Below, one piece after another: positions 9,154 through 17,611 of a stretch of DNA of 54,849 nucleotides. The notes under the pieces were generated by a model that ran no database searches, was not told where the DNA came from, and saw only the letters and a list, made by a program, of their open reading frames with translations. The DNA is taken from contig JADHXE010000003.1 in the NCBI GenBank assembly GCA_016783125.1, positions 1 through 54,849 of the forward strand, written 5' to 3'. The DNA comes from Anaerolineales bacterium (lineage in GTDB: Bacteria > Chloroflexota > Anaerolineae > Anaerolineales > UBA11858). The translations under genes and the position numbers were made by a program. Numbering within the stretch: the first letter of the stretch is position 1; every line of letters starts with the position of its first letter.

Positions 9154-9537
9154 CTAGCCATCATCACTCGTCGTTAACGACCACTCAAAGAGTAACTCTT
9201 GATTTTGCGAGGGTGGTACAGGCTGTACATATTGTTCGTACCCAGCCAAATTGATTCCGTGGAGTTCCTGCACTCGTTCGCGATACCAGCGGTCATAAGG
9301 CAGACTAGAAGTGATGATCTGGCCCAATGCCCAGCCAACATCGGGGGCTTCCAGGGTGGTTACAGCCGTCGCCCCATAAGCGGTATCCACCAGCGCCAAC
9401 CTTTCAAGTGTGATACCCAGCCGTCGACGAGAAGAGATATACATCTGTTTTCGGGAGCCGGACAGTTCCTGGCAAAATCGCCGCCAGGCTTCCACCTTTC
9501 CGGTCAGGATGGGAAATGTTAGAATAATGCCAGACAT
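9154..9537 (-). CDS. Hypothetical protein, first gene of the leftward cluster
   Basis: MSGIILTFPILTGKVEAWRRFCQEL...GITLERLALV; GAGG RBS before the ATG at 9537. Confidence 0.7.
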   Translation of the reverse strand: MSGIILTFPILTGKVEAWRRFCQELSGSRKQMYISSRRRLGITLERLALVDTAYGATAVTTLEAPDVGWALGQIITSSLPYDRWYRERVQELHGINLAGYEQYVQPVPPSQNQELLFEWSLTTSDDG

Positions 9538-9601
9538 CGGGGACCTCTTCCAATTTACAAGATTATTTCGAGTGGCCTTATCTTTTTTTACTTTTAGCCT
9601 A

Positions 9602-9635
9602 AGTATAATGATATAGAGTCTCAAACGCGTCACAA
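9602..9635. promoter_or_regulatory. Divergent promoter region with a heptamer direct repeat (candidate SARP/BTAD site)
   Basis: GTCTCAA-4nt-GTCACAA at 9618-9635; TATAAT on + at 9604-9609 and TATACT on - at 9607-9602. Confidence 0.5.
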
Positions 9636-9646
9636 GGAACCACACA

Positions 9647-12013
9647 ATGGCTGATCGGGCCCTGGTATTACATATTTACGCACTCGGAACCCCCGAAGTG
9701 CGCCTGGGAGAACATTTGGTTACTTTTCCCACACAAAAGACTCTGGCGCTATTGGTTTATCTGGCGATTGAGGGGGGCATTCAGCCGCGCGAGCACCTGG
9801 CAACCCTGCTTTGGCCTGAATCCAGCCCCGAGCGCAGCCACGCCAACCTACGCAACACCCTCAACCACCTGCAAACAGGGCTGCGCCGGGTAGACGACCA
9901 ATCATCCCCCTATCTCGTCACAACCCACCACGCACTGGGCCTTAACGCAGACGCCGAAATCGATTTAGACCTGAATACCATAGCGCATGCTTATGCGCTG
10001 GCACGTGCTGACCGTTCTAGCCGGATGGTACCGGAGGGTTCAGCCAGCTTACCAATCCTCCAATCGGCTGCAGACCGCCAGCGCGGTGAATTTCTGGCTG
10101 GTTTTTCCCTGGGAGATGCCCCTGGTTTCGACGATTGGGCTGCCATCCAACGTGAAGTGTGGCACCGCCGTCTGAGTTTGATTCTCGACCGTCTCTCCGA
10201 AATCCAGTTTGCACAGGGCGTGTTTTCTGGTGCTACGGAAACCGCCTCTCATTGGATTGCCCTGGATACGCTGAATGAAGTTGCCTATCGCCGCAAGATG
10301 CGGGCGCATTTCGCGGCTGGCGAACGCGGACAAGCGTTGGAAACTTATCAGGCTTGTGAAGCCATTTTGGCGGCAGAATTGGGCATCGAGCCAGAGCCGG
10401 ACACGGCGTTGTTAGCAAAGAGCATTCGCACACAACCATCACCTGTACATTCGCAAAGTTTTCAACTCGCTCCTCAGGCACGCCGTCCAGATACATCCGT
10501 CGATTTTCTGGAAAACCTGTATGCCGGGCGTGTCAGCGAGTATCAGGCGCTGGTGAATAGCTATGAGCGCACAGCTTCTGGCCAACCTCAGCTTGTGGTA
10601 TTGCGCGGAGAGGCAGGCATTGGCAAAACCCGCCTCGCCCGGAAATTTTTGGCCTGGACCAGTACTCAGGGAGCCGAGTGTTTGCAAGGAGGTGCTTTTG
10701 AGAGCGGCAGCCACTTGCCGTTTCAACCACTGGTAGAGGCTCTCCGGCTGAGGCTTGAACATAAAAACTCGATTGAAGTTCTACTGGATGATGTCTGGCT
10801 GTCCCTGCTGAGTCATCTGATGCCAGAGTTACGCCAACGATATCCGGATTTATCCCCGCATCCTTTAGTGGATTCTTTCTCCGAAGAAGCTGCAAGTCGA
10901 GTCCAATTCTACGAACCCATCGTTCAATATACGCTAGCCCTGACCGAACGAGCACCATTGGTTCTATTCATAGATGATTTGCAGTGGACAGACAGCGCAA
11001 CGTTAGACCTGTTGCAATACGCCGTCCGGCGCTGGAAAGATAGCGCGGCGCGGGTTTTATTGTTGGTCAATCTGCGGTCAGAAGCTTTGCATCCGATGAC
11101 CCAACCTTATCAAGTCGGTGAGTGGTTGACGCACGTTGCCCGTGAGTTGACTCCGGCTCATATCGAGTTAGAGCCGCTGGGGGAACGGGAAACGGTGCAA
11201 ATGATTCTATCGATCCTGTCGCCACCAGCTCCCGACTTCGCCCAATGGTTATATGATGAAACGCGTGGGCAGCCTTTTTACTTGATGGAGACTTTGAAGG
11301 ATTTGCTCGAGCGCCGTGTACTTCATCCCAAACGGCGGGCGGAGGGGCTCTGGACTTTTGCGGTGGACGCTGAACACGAACTTGGGCAAGCAGTGCGGGT
11401 CCCGTCTACCGTGCATGCCGTGATCCGCTCGCGCTTGAATCGCCTCAGCCCTAATGCCTTCAGCCTGTTGGCGGGTGCAGCAGTTCTTGAAAAGCAAATC
11501 ACTTTCGAGCATCTATGCGCCATTGCAAACGTGAATTATGATCTGGCCTTACCTGCCCTGGATGAATTGATCAGCGGTCGCCTCTTATTGGAAGCGGAGC
11601 AACCTGGCGTTGGCAGCACCTATTTTTTCGTCAACGACATGCTTCGCGATGTGGTTTATACCGATGCTGGGGACGCTCGGCGTCGACTTTTCCATCAACG
11701 GGCACTTGAAAACCTAGAAACAGCGGAGGAATCAGCAGCAGTCCTAGCCCACCATGCACTGGCCGCAGGTTTAACTCAAGCAACTTTCCAATACAGTTTA
11801 ATTGCCGGGCAAGAAGCACAACGCATCTCGGCGGTAAATGAGGCCATTGTCCATTTCGAGCGTGCCCACGAGTTGATACAGGATGGCTCAATACTAAACG
11901 ACGTAGATTTGCGTGATCTTTATAAACAGCTAAGTCTAGCCTACAAATTGGGTGGTTATATGGATAAGGCCTTGGCTATGGATGCTGAACTGGAAAAGTT
12001 GATTGGCTCCTAA
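9647..12013 (+). CDS. SARP/BTAD transcriptional regulator with AAA (STAND-like) ATPase domain
   Basis: wHTH start (LGTPEV...LALLVYLA...REHLATLLWP), BTAD (G.FL.GF...F.DW; E.AYR..MR), Walker A GEAGIGKT, Walker B LFIDDLQW, T.G.PFYL.E. Confidence 0.92.
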   Translation: MADRALVLHIYALGTPEVRLGEHLVTFPTQKTLALLVYLAIEGGIQPREHLATLLWPESSPERSHANLRNTLNHLQTGLRRVDDQSSPYLVTTHHALGLNADAEIDLDLNTIAHAYALARADRSSRMVPEGSASLPILQSAADRQRGEFLAGFSLGDAPGFDDWAAIQREVWHRRLSLILDRLSEIQFAQGVFSGATETASHWIALDTLNEVAYRRKMRAHFAAGERGQALETYQACEAILAAELGIEPEPDTALLAKSIRTQPSPVHSQSFQLAPQARRPDTSVDFLENLYAGRVSEYQALVNSYERTASGQPQLVVLRGEAGIGKTRLARKFLAWTSTQGAECLQGGAFESGSHLPFQPLVEALRLRLEHKNSIEVLLDDVWLSLLSHLMPELRQRYPDLSPHPLVDSFSEEAASRVQFYEPIVQYTLALTERAPLVLFIDDLQWTDSATLDLLQYAVRRWKDSAARVLLLVNLRSEALHPMTQPYQVGEWLTHVARELTPAHIELEPLGERETVQMILSILSPPAPDFAQWLYDETRGQPFYLMETLKDLLERRVLHPKRRAEGLWTFAVDAEHELGQAVRVPSTVHAVIRSRLNRLSPNAFSLLAGAAVLEKQITFEHLCAIANVNYDLALPALDELISGRLLLEAEQPGVGSTYFFVNDMLRDVVYTDAGDARRRLFHQRALENLETAEESAAVLAHHALAAGLTQATFQYSLIAGQEAQRISAVNEAIVHFERAHELIQDGSILNDVDLRDLYKQLSLAYKLGGYMDKALAMDAELEKLIGS

Positions 12014-12250
12014 ATGCTATGGAGGCAACTCCCAATTGCCTGGTTATATTATTTGACAAAAGTTGCTCGTGGTGTCCAAAAACCTCATCCCAACATTTTC
12101 GACGTTGATAAAATACTCAATTATGTTTCCAATCGGCCTTTAACCAAAAAAGCCCGGATAAACAAACTTCCCTTCCGAACTTTCTGTGGAGCTGGAATTA
12201 CACCAGGCGGTCCCGACAAATAAAATTAAGCAACAATTTTCCCACATTCC

Positions 12251-12280
12251 TTGACAAAACTGCTCATAAGTGTGTAGAAT
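12251..12280 (+). promoter_or_regulatory. Sigma70-type promoter
   Basis: TTGACA (12251-12256), 18-nt spacer, TAGAAT (12275-12280). Confidence 0.7.
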
Positions 12281-12290
12281 CCTTTTCGTA

Positions 12291-12378
12291 GTGTCCTATC
12301 TGACGGGATTCCCGCGTCTAGCTGCATAATCAGATCAGCAGCAAGATTTCCCGCCCAGATCAGGGCATTTTTTGTTTT
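12291..12378 (+). ncRNA. Putative structured RNA or attenuator hairpin upstream of the recombinase operon
   Basis: Nested pairings gtgtcct/agggcat, atctg/cagat, cggga/tcccg and gctgc/gcagc, followed by a T-run; starts about 10 nt after the -10 box. Confidence 0.5.
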
Positions 12379-12470
12379 AAGCTACTTTTCGTTTCGCGTT
12401 GGCAGTTAGGGCTAGACATCTGCTCTCCAAGCCTAAGAGTGAAACGGACATATAAGAGCAAATAAGAAAG

Positions 12471-12671
12471 ATGAACAAAGATACGAACGTTGAGAATGGT
12501 GGTCAAGCCATTGCCGCACAATCACAAAAATCTGCAGATTCCTTATTACACCATGATATAAGGGATTATGCCGATCCTGAGTATCAAATCCCTTCACCTT
12601 TGATCGCATGGCTGGCGAGGATCAATCAACGATACCTTTCTGAAAATATGCGCGAAGACTTAATAGAGTAG
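12471..12671 (+). CDS. Small hypothetical protein upstream of the recombinase
   Basis: 66-aa ORF ending 8 nt before the recombinase ATG; no recognisable motif. Confidence 0.45.
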   Translation: MNKDTNVENGGQAIAAQSQKSADSLLHHDIRDYADPEYQIPSPLIAWLARINQRYLSENMREDLIE

Positions 12672-12679
12672 CCAATTGT

Positions 12680-14245
12680 ATGCCTTCTGCCAATAATTCT
12701 TCACAGCACTATGCAGCTGCCTATATCCGCTATTCATCAAAAATGCAAGATGAATCATTGAGTCTTGAAGCTCAAGAGCGAATTATCAGGCGAAGAGCAG
12801 AACAAGATGGCAATTTAATCGTGGTTGTCTTTGCGGATAAAGCTCAATCCGCTTATCGCAATAAATATCGTCCAGTACTAAATAGGGCACTTGAAAGTGC
12901 CAAACAGGGCAAGTTCAAAATTCTCTATGTCCATAAACTTGATCGGCTCGCTCGTCGTTTGGAGTGGACTATCGAAATCGCCAAAACCTTAGAAAAATAT
13001 GGGGTCCAGCTAATATCTGTAGATCAAAACTTCGATCGCAACACACCCGATGGCAAACTTCACTTCAACATGATGGGGATGATGGCGGAACATTATTCTG
13101 ATAATCTTAGCCGCGAGGTACACAAGGGCAAATATCAACTTATCATAAATGGGTATCATACCGGAATGTTCCCATGGGGATACGAAAAAACTGTAGACGG
13201 TGAAAAGAAGAAACGTGTTGGCAAGCCCACTCCCCATTTGAAGTATGTCGTCCATGATTTGTTTTCCCGTTACGCCACTGGCCTTTACTCCGATCAACAA
13301 ATGGCTGATTGGCTCAACCAACAAGGCTTCCGTCGCTCAGAAAATCGCTTATTTACCCGAGACAATCTTCGCGATATTCTTCAGAATATCTATTATGCTG
13401 GAAAAGTGCGCTACCGGGGTGCGAAACTTAGCGCCATTGGAAAAAATTACCGAACCATGGGAGGTGAAATTTTCGAGGGGAAACATGACGCCATAATCAG
13501 CATGACAGTATTCAATCGCTGTCAGGCTGTGCGCGCAGAACGCCGTCATAAAGCACCAACTCGACAAATAACTCGTCATGTCTATTACGTCAATGGCATG
13601 ATCGACTGTGTCCACTGTGGCCGCAGCATGCGAGCACAAAGTTCAAGGTCTCACCGCTACTATCGAGAAGCATCAAAAGGGAAAGGCTATTTAGACTGTC
13701 CCATGCTGCAAAGAAGCGTTCGGGCTGATGTGATCGATGCGCAGATCGGCCGTATCATGAAATTACTGCGATTGCCTGACAACTGGGAATCCGCGGTGAA
13801 GACTCTCCTAAAGAAGAATGAGGACTACACAAATCCCGAGGCAGAACGCGCCCGCATTCGCAAACAAATACGCGACATGCGCGAAATGAAAAGCCACGGG
13901 TTGTATGAGGGTGAGGATCATATATTTTGGCGGGATGTCGAAGTTCTGCAAGAAAAGCTATCCAGGCTTAAAGATATCAAGGAACCAACTGTCAACAAGG
14001 CTGCCAAAAAACTACTGGATATTCAAAAGGCCTGGGATTTGGCTACTCGTCAGGAACGTGAAGAATTGGTCAAAATGCTGCTTTCAAGAGTCGGTTGTGA
14101 TATCAAAGAAAAACGCATCACTTGGATTGAACCCGAACCCGAATTTATCCCTCTTATCCAGTTGATGGACGTGCTGATTCCACAAGATAATGGCAAATGG
14201 CTCGTTCCCCAATCATTGACCAATGGGACTCTAAGGGACATATAG
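12680..14245 (+). CDS. Large serine recombinase (integrase)
   Basis: YIRYSS catalytic Ser, LDRLAR, PWGY, recombinase domain (L.N..YAG; G.HDAIIS..F), Zn ribbon CVHCG...C and a coiled-coil CTD. Confidence 0.95.
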   Translation: MPSANNSSQHYAAAYIRYSSKMQDESLSLEAQERIIRRRAEQDGNLIVVVFADKAQSAYRNKYRPVLNRALESAKQGKFKILYVHKLDRLARRLEWTIEIAKTLEKYGVQLISVDQNFDRNTPDGKLHFNMMGMMAEHYSDNLSREVHKGKYQLIINGYHTGMFPWGYEKTVDGEKKKRVGKPTPHLKYVVHDLFSRYATGLYSDQQMADWLNQQGFRRSENRLFTRDNLRDILQNIYYAGKVRYRGAKLSAIGKNYRTMGGEIFEGKHDAIISMTVFNRCQAVRAERRHKAPTRQITRHVYYVNGMIDCVHCGRSMRAQSSRSHRYYREASKGKGYLDCPMLQRSVRADVIDAQIGRIMKLLRLPDNWESAVKTLLKKNEDYTNPEAERARIRKQIRDMREMKSHGLYEGEDHIFWRDVEVLQEKLSRLKDIKEPTVNKAAKKLLDIQKAWDLATRQEREELVKMLLSRVGCDIKEKRITWIEPEPEFIPLIQLMDVLIPQDNGKWLVPQSLTNGTLRDI

Positions 14246-14325
14246 GAACAATCGTCTATTCTCGATGGTAGCCTAATTGACCTATGGTCCCATCCTGGTT
14301 ACAATTGCCCACAATGGACTTATTA

Positions 14326-14366
14326 ACGCAAAAATCGCCCAGAGGCGACTGAGCGATTTTCAGCGT
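14326..14366. terminator. Hairpin, probable bidirectional terminator
   Basis: aaaatcgc-ccag...ctga-gcgatttt, between the recombinase end and the convergent tRNA fragment. Confidence 0.5.
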
Positions 14367-14438
14367 AAGTCCTTTTACAAACGAAGCGTTTATTCATTTG
14401 ATCAGAGCAGTCAAGCTCTTGAGGACATGTTACGCTCT

Positions 14439-14486
14439 GCGGTCCCGACGGGATTCGAACCCGCGATCTCCGGCTTGACAGGCCGG
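14439..14486 (-). pseudogene. 3' two-thirds of tRNA-Asp(GTC); att-type fragment lacking the 5' acceptor strand and D-arm
   Basis: Reverse complement CCGGC-CTGTCAA-GCCGG AGATC GCGGG-TTCGAAT-CCCGT CGGGACC-GC; no GGTCCCG or D-arm upstream. Confidence 0.85.
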
Positions 14487-14601
14487 ATGAATCGTTGGCA
14501 GCCACAGAGAGCAACACAAGCGCGCTTGCAATAGGTTAATATAAAAAAATCACATCGCCATCTCCGATAATTGCAAACATCAACATATTTGCGACAAGGT
14601 A

Positions 14602-14630
14602 TTGACATTTTACCATCCCCCATCTACACT
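14602..14630 (+). promoter_or_regulatory. Sigma70 promoter giving a probable leaderless comM transcript
   Basis: TTGACA-17-TACACT; ATG follows after 6 nt; no SD sequence. Confidence 0.7.
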
Positions 14631-14636
14631 TGACTC

Positions 14637-16160
14637 ATGCTTGCCCGCGTATTCTCCTGCGCCGTGATCGGTCTTGATGGGGTCGTCGTCGAAGTCGAGG
14701 TCGATACCAGCAGCGGCTTACCCAAAACAACCATTGTAGGCTTGCCCGATGCCGCCGTGCAGGAGAGCCGCGAGCGGGTCGAAGCTGCTGTAAAAAATTC
14801 CGGCTTCATGTTTCCGCGCAAACGCGTGACGGTCAATCTGGCGCCAGCCACGGTGCGCAAAGCTGGCCCGGTCTACGATTTGCCCATCGCCGTAGGGGTT
14901 CTGATTGCCACCGCCCAACTACCTCCCCATGCTTTAGATGATGCCTTGGTTATTGGAGAACTTTCCCTTGACGGGGGCGTGCGCCATGTGCGCGGCGTAC
15001 TGCCTATGGCCGCCCTGGCTCGCGCAGAAGGTATTCGCCAGATTTTTGTACCCGAGGTGGACGCGCCCGAAGCCGCCCTGATCCCTGACCTCGAAGTGAT
15101 CCCTGTAACCTCACTGGCTGCGCTCTATGACCACCTCACAGGTGGGCCTATGTTATCCCCTAACATAGATACTGTCTCCGAGGGGGCTTACGACACAACC
15201 CCTATCACCGATTTCCAAGAGATCAAAGGCCAGGAGCAAGTCAAACGCGCTTTGGAAGTTGCCTGTGCTGGAAATCATAATTTACTGCTGATCGGCCCAC
15301 CGGGGTCAGGCAAAACCCTGCTGGCGCGCGCCCTGCCCGGTATCCTGCCCCACATGACCATCGACGAAGCCCTGGATGTCACCCGTGTCTACTCCATCGC
15401 CGATCAACTCCCCTCGGACGTGCCCCTGATCCAGCAGCGCCCCTTCCGCGCCCCACACCATACCATCTCGCACGCCGGGCTGGTCGGCGGCGGCAACTGG
15501 CCCACCCCCGGCGAAATCTCCCTGGCGCATCGAGGTGTGCTCTTCCTGGACGAATTTCCCGAGTTCGGCAGCCGCGTCCTGGAAGTCTTGCGCCAGCCCC
15601 TGGAAGACAAACTCGTCACCATTTCCCGCGCTCAAGGCTCGCTGACCTTTCCATCTAATTTCCAACTCATCGCCGCCATGAACCCCTGTCCGTGTGGTTA
15701 TTCAAATGACCCCATCAAAGAATGCACCTGCTCCAACCAGGTCATCACCCGCTACCAGAAACGCATCTCCGGCCCGATGCTCGACCGCATCGACATCCAC
15801 ATCGAGGTGCCGCGCGTCGATTATGACAAACTCAGCGACGACCGTCTTGGGGAACCCTCCTCAGAGATCCAAAACCGCGTGGAAGCCGCCCGCGAGCAAC
15901 AGCGCAAGCGATTCGAGGGCACCAGCCTCTCCTGCAATGCCGATATGGGGCCCGCCGAACTGCGCCAGTACTGCCCCCTGGATCAAACCGGCCGCTCCCT
16001 GCTGCGCAGCGCTATGAGCCAGCTGCAACTCTCGGCGCGTGCCTATCACCGCGTGCTCAAGCTGGCGCGCACCATCGCCGATCTGGCCGGGGAAAGTGAA
16101 ATCGCCCCCGCACATCTGGCGGAGGCGCTGCAGTACCGGCCGAAGTTAGAGTTGATGTAG
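14637..16160 (+). CDS. comM: YifB/ComM Mg-chelatase-like AAA+ ATPase
   Basis: IVGLPDAAVQESRERV, VNLAPA, GELSLDG, GPPGSGKT, RPFRAPHHT, PGEISLAHRGVLFLDE, AMNPCPCG, LSARAY. Confidence 0.95.
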   Translation: MLARVFSCAVIGLDGVVVEVEVDTSSGLPKTTIVGLPDAAVQESRERVEAAVKNSGFMFPRKRVTVNLAPATVRKAGPVYDLPIAVGVLIATAQLPPHALDDALVIGELSLDGGVRHVRGVLPMAALARAEGIRQIFVPEVDAPEAALIPDLEVIPVTSLAALYDHLTGGPMLSPNIDTVSEGAYDTTPITDFQEIKGQEQVKRALEVACAGNHNLLLIGPPGSGKTLLARALPGILPHMTIDEALDVTRVYSIADQLPSDVPLIQQRPFRAPHHTISHAGLVGGGNWPTPGEISLAHRGVLFLDEFPEFGSRVLEVLRQPLEDKLVTISRAQGSLTFPSNFQLIAAMNPCPCGYSNDPIKECTCSNQVITRYQKRISGPMLDRIDIHIEVPRVDYDKLSDDRLGEPSSEIQNRVEAAREQQRKRFEGTSLSCNADMGPAELRQYCPLDQTGRSLLRSAMSQLQLSARAYHRVLKLARTIADLAGESEIAPAHLAEALQYRPKLELM

Positions 16161-16280
16161 GCCACGGATGGCGGTATGCCATTCGCCTGTCAACGCAAAT
16201 ATCGCGGGGGCGCTGCCGACATCTGCGCGAGTCAAGACGGGGGCATGGGTTTCCTCTTCGATTTTGGTTTGGATGATGAA

Positions 16281-16357
16281 GATTAGGTATTGGGTATTGG
16301 GTATTGGGTATTGGATATTAGATGTTGGATGTGGGAATATCCAATCTCTAATATCTA
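16281..16357. repeat. (GGGTATT)n heptamer tandem repeat with an inverted partner arm
   Basis: ggtattgggtattgggtattgggtattggatatt ... aatatccaatctctaatatct. Confidence 0.85.
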
Positions 16358-16726
16358 AGTCTGGCTAACCGCCACCACAAAGGCAACGGCATAGGTTTTT
16401 GTATGACTGAGACTGAGCGACCAGGTACTCAGGCCAAGCTGCTCAGCCAAATCTTGGGCAGCCCCATGGAGATGCAAAATTGGAGCACGCGCTTCGTCGC
16501 GCAGGATTTCGATCTCTTGCCAGCGCACTTCGCCGATACCGCAGCCCAGGGCCTTGGCGACGGCTTCTTTAGCAGCGAAGCGCACAGCTAGAGAGGCACT
16601 ATCCTCACCACACAACGCCAACTCATCCGCTGTGTAGACGCGCTGCAAGAAACGCTCCCCATTGCGGGCGATGGAATCTTTGATGCGCTCGATTTCGATC
16701 AGGTCAACACCGGTTGTAAGTTTCAT
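16355..16726 (-). CDS. acpS: Holo-[acyl-carrier-protein] synthase
   Basis: GVDLIEIERI, RFAAKEAVAKALG, SLSLSH. Confidence 0.95.
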   Translation of the reverse strand: MKLTTGVDLIEIERIKDSIARNGERFLQRVYTADELALCGEDSASLAVRFAAKEAVAKALGCGIGEVRWQEIEILRDEARAPILHLHGAAQDLAEQLGLSTWSLSLSHTKTYAVAFVVAVSQT

Positions 16727-16728
16727 GT

Positions 16729-16795
16729 CGGTTACAAGTTTGCACGTTGAAAGTTGAACGTTTACATTCTAACGTGCAACTAGTCAACGTTTTTT
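16729..16795. repeat. Heptamer-based hairpin repeat, copy 1 (left flank of the TIR cassette)
   Basis: cggttacaagtt followed by gttgaaa/caacgt-type units; related copy at 18331-18395. Confidence 0.75.
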
Positions 16796-16821
16796 AGCTT
16801 CTTATCCTACCCTTTTGTTTA

Positions 16822-16880
16822 TGCCACAGAGTTCACAGAGAACTCAGAGTTTTTAATTTTTCTCTGTGATCTCTGTGGCT
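16822..16880. repeat. Nonamer (CACAGAG-type) palindromic repeat
   Basis: gccacagagttcacagagaactcagag ... ctctgtgatctctgtggc. Confidence 0.85.
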
Positions 16881-16885
16881 AAAAT

Positions 16886-17611
16886 CTACAATTGCTCAAG
16901 CACGCGGCGGGCGATGCTGGGGGCAACCATCTCCGTCTCGGAGATATCCTTGATGTGGATACGCGGCAGATCACGCACCTCTTTAGGAAGGTCATGAGGC
17001 GCGCCGATCTGCACCACCATGGATGAAATCTTATTCTCAGCTAAAACCAAATAATCGCGCACCATCCAGGGGTTGCCCATATCAGAAACCATTAACAACC
17101 CGGCCTGCAAACTGCGCCGCTGGGTTTGCAGCAACACGCTCAAGCTTTGTCCGCTCATATCCTGCTTCAACAACACCTCTACGCCACCATCTTCCAATGC
17201 CTCTTTGAGCGCATAAGCGAACTCGATATCCGCCACGGCGCTCGAAAGGTATAGACGAGGGGGTTGGTCCGGTTTCGACGGCGAACGCAACAGCTCAAGA
17301 TCGCCGCTGCGCGTGGGCGCGATCTCATCAAGCTCTAACCAATGATCCATCACCAGGACATCGTCGTCATCGTCATCATCTGCGAAGTGCACGCGCACCT
17401 TGATGTTAAACTCACCCCAACCCCGCGCGCCCAACCTGAAACCTGAGTCCCGGTCGGTCACTTTCTGCACCGGGTTCGGAAAGGTGGGGTGCAACACATA
17501 CTCGACGTAGGCTACCTCTTCCAGGTCATCCTCAGGACCCTCCAACCATACCGCCCAATCCCACCAACCTTCACTACTCGGCGTCACTTCTTGTCTAATT
17601 ATTAAGTTCAT
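16886..17611 (-). CDS. pYEATS-domain protein with a C-terminal degenerate TIR-like domain
   Basis: W.W.VWL...V.YVEYVLHPTFPNP...F.L...GWGEF.I YEATS signature; then RLYLSS..AD.EFA..LKEAL...GVEV TIR-like beta-A/alpha-A. Confidence 0.8.
   Translation of the reverse strand: MNLIIRQEVTPSSEGWWDWAVWLEGPEDDLEEVAYVEYVLHPTFPNPVQKVTDRDSGFRLGARGWGEFNIKVRVHFADDDDDDDVLVMDHWLELDEIAPTRSGDLELLRSPSKPDQPPRLYLSSAVADIEFAYALKEALEDGGVEVLLKQDMSGQSLSVLLQTQRRSLQAGLLMVSDMGNPWMVRDYLVLAENKISSMVVQIGAPHDLPKEVRDLPRIHIKDISETEMVAPSIARRVLEQL

Larger units (their letters stand above)
12207..14449. mobile_element. Compact integrative element with a large serine recombinase, bounded by an 11-bp direct repeat
   Basis: gcggtcccgac at 12207-12217 and 14439-14449 (reverse complement of a tRNA-Asp 3' end) encloses a promoter, a hairpin, a small ORF and the recombinase. 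Confidence 0.65.

Noticed and set aside
12291-12378. Known riboswitch (SAM-I, c-di-GMP, TPP) in the recombinase leader
   Set aside because: I could not find the conserved core motifs of those classes; kept only as an unclassified hairpin RNA
14439-14530. Functional, split or intron-containing tRNA-Asp
   Set aside because: No complementary 5' acceptor strand or D-arm was found nearby or noticed elsewhere in the window
15260-15300. AT-rich patch before the comM Walker A as an integration scar
   Set aside because: comM is a known integration hotspot, but the frame is intact, no duplicate fragment is seen and the signal is only about 20 bp
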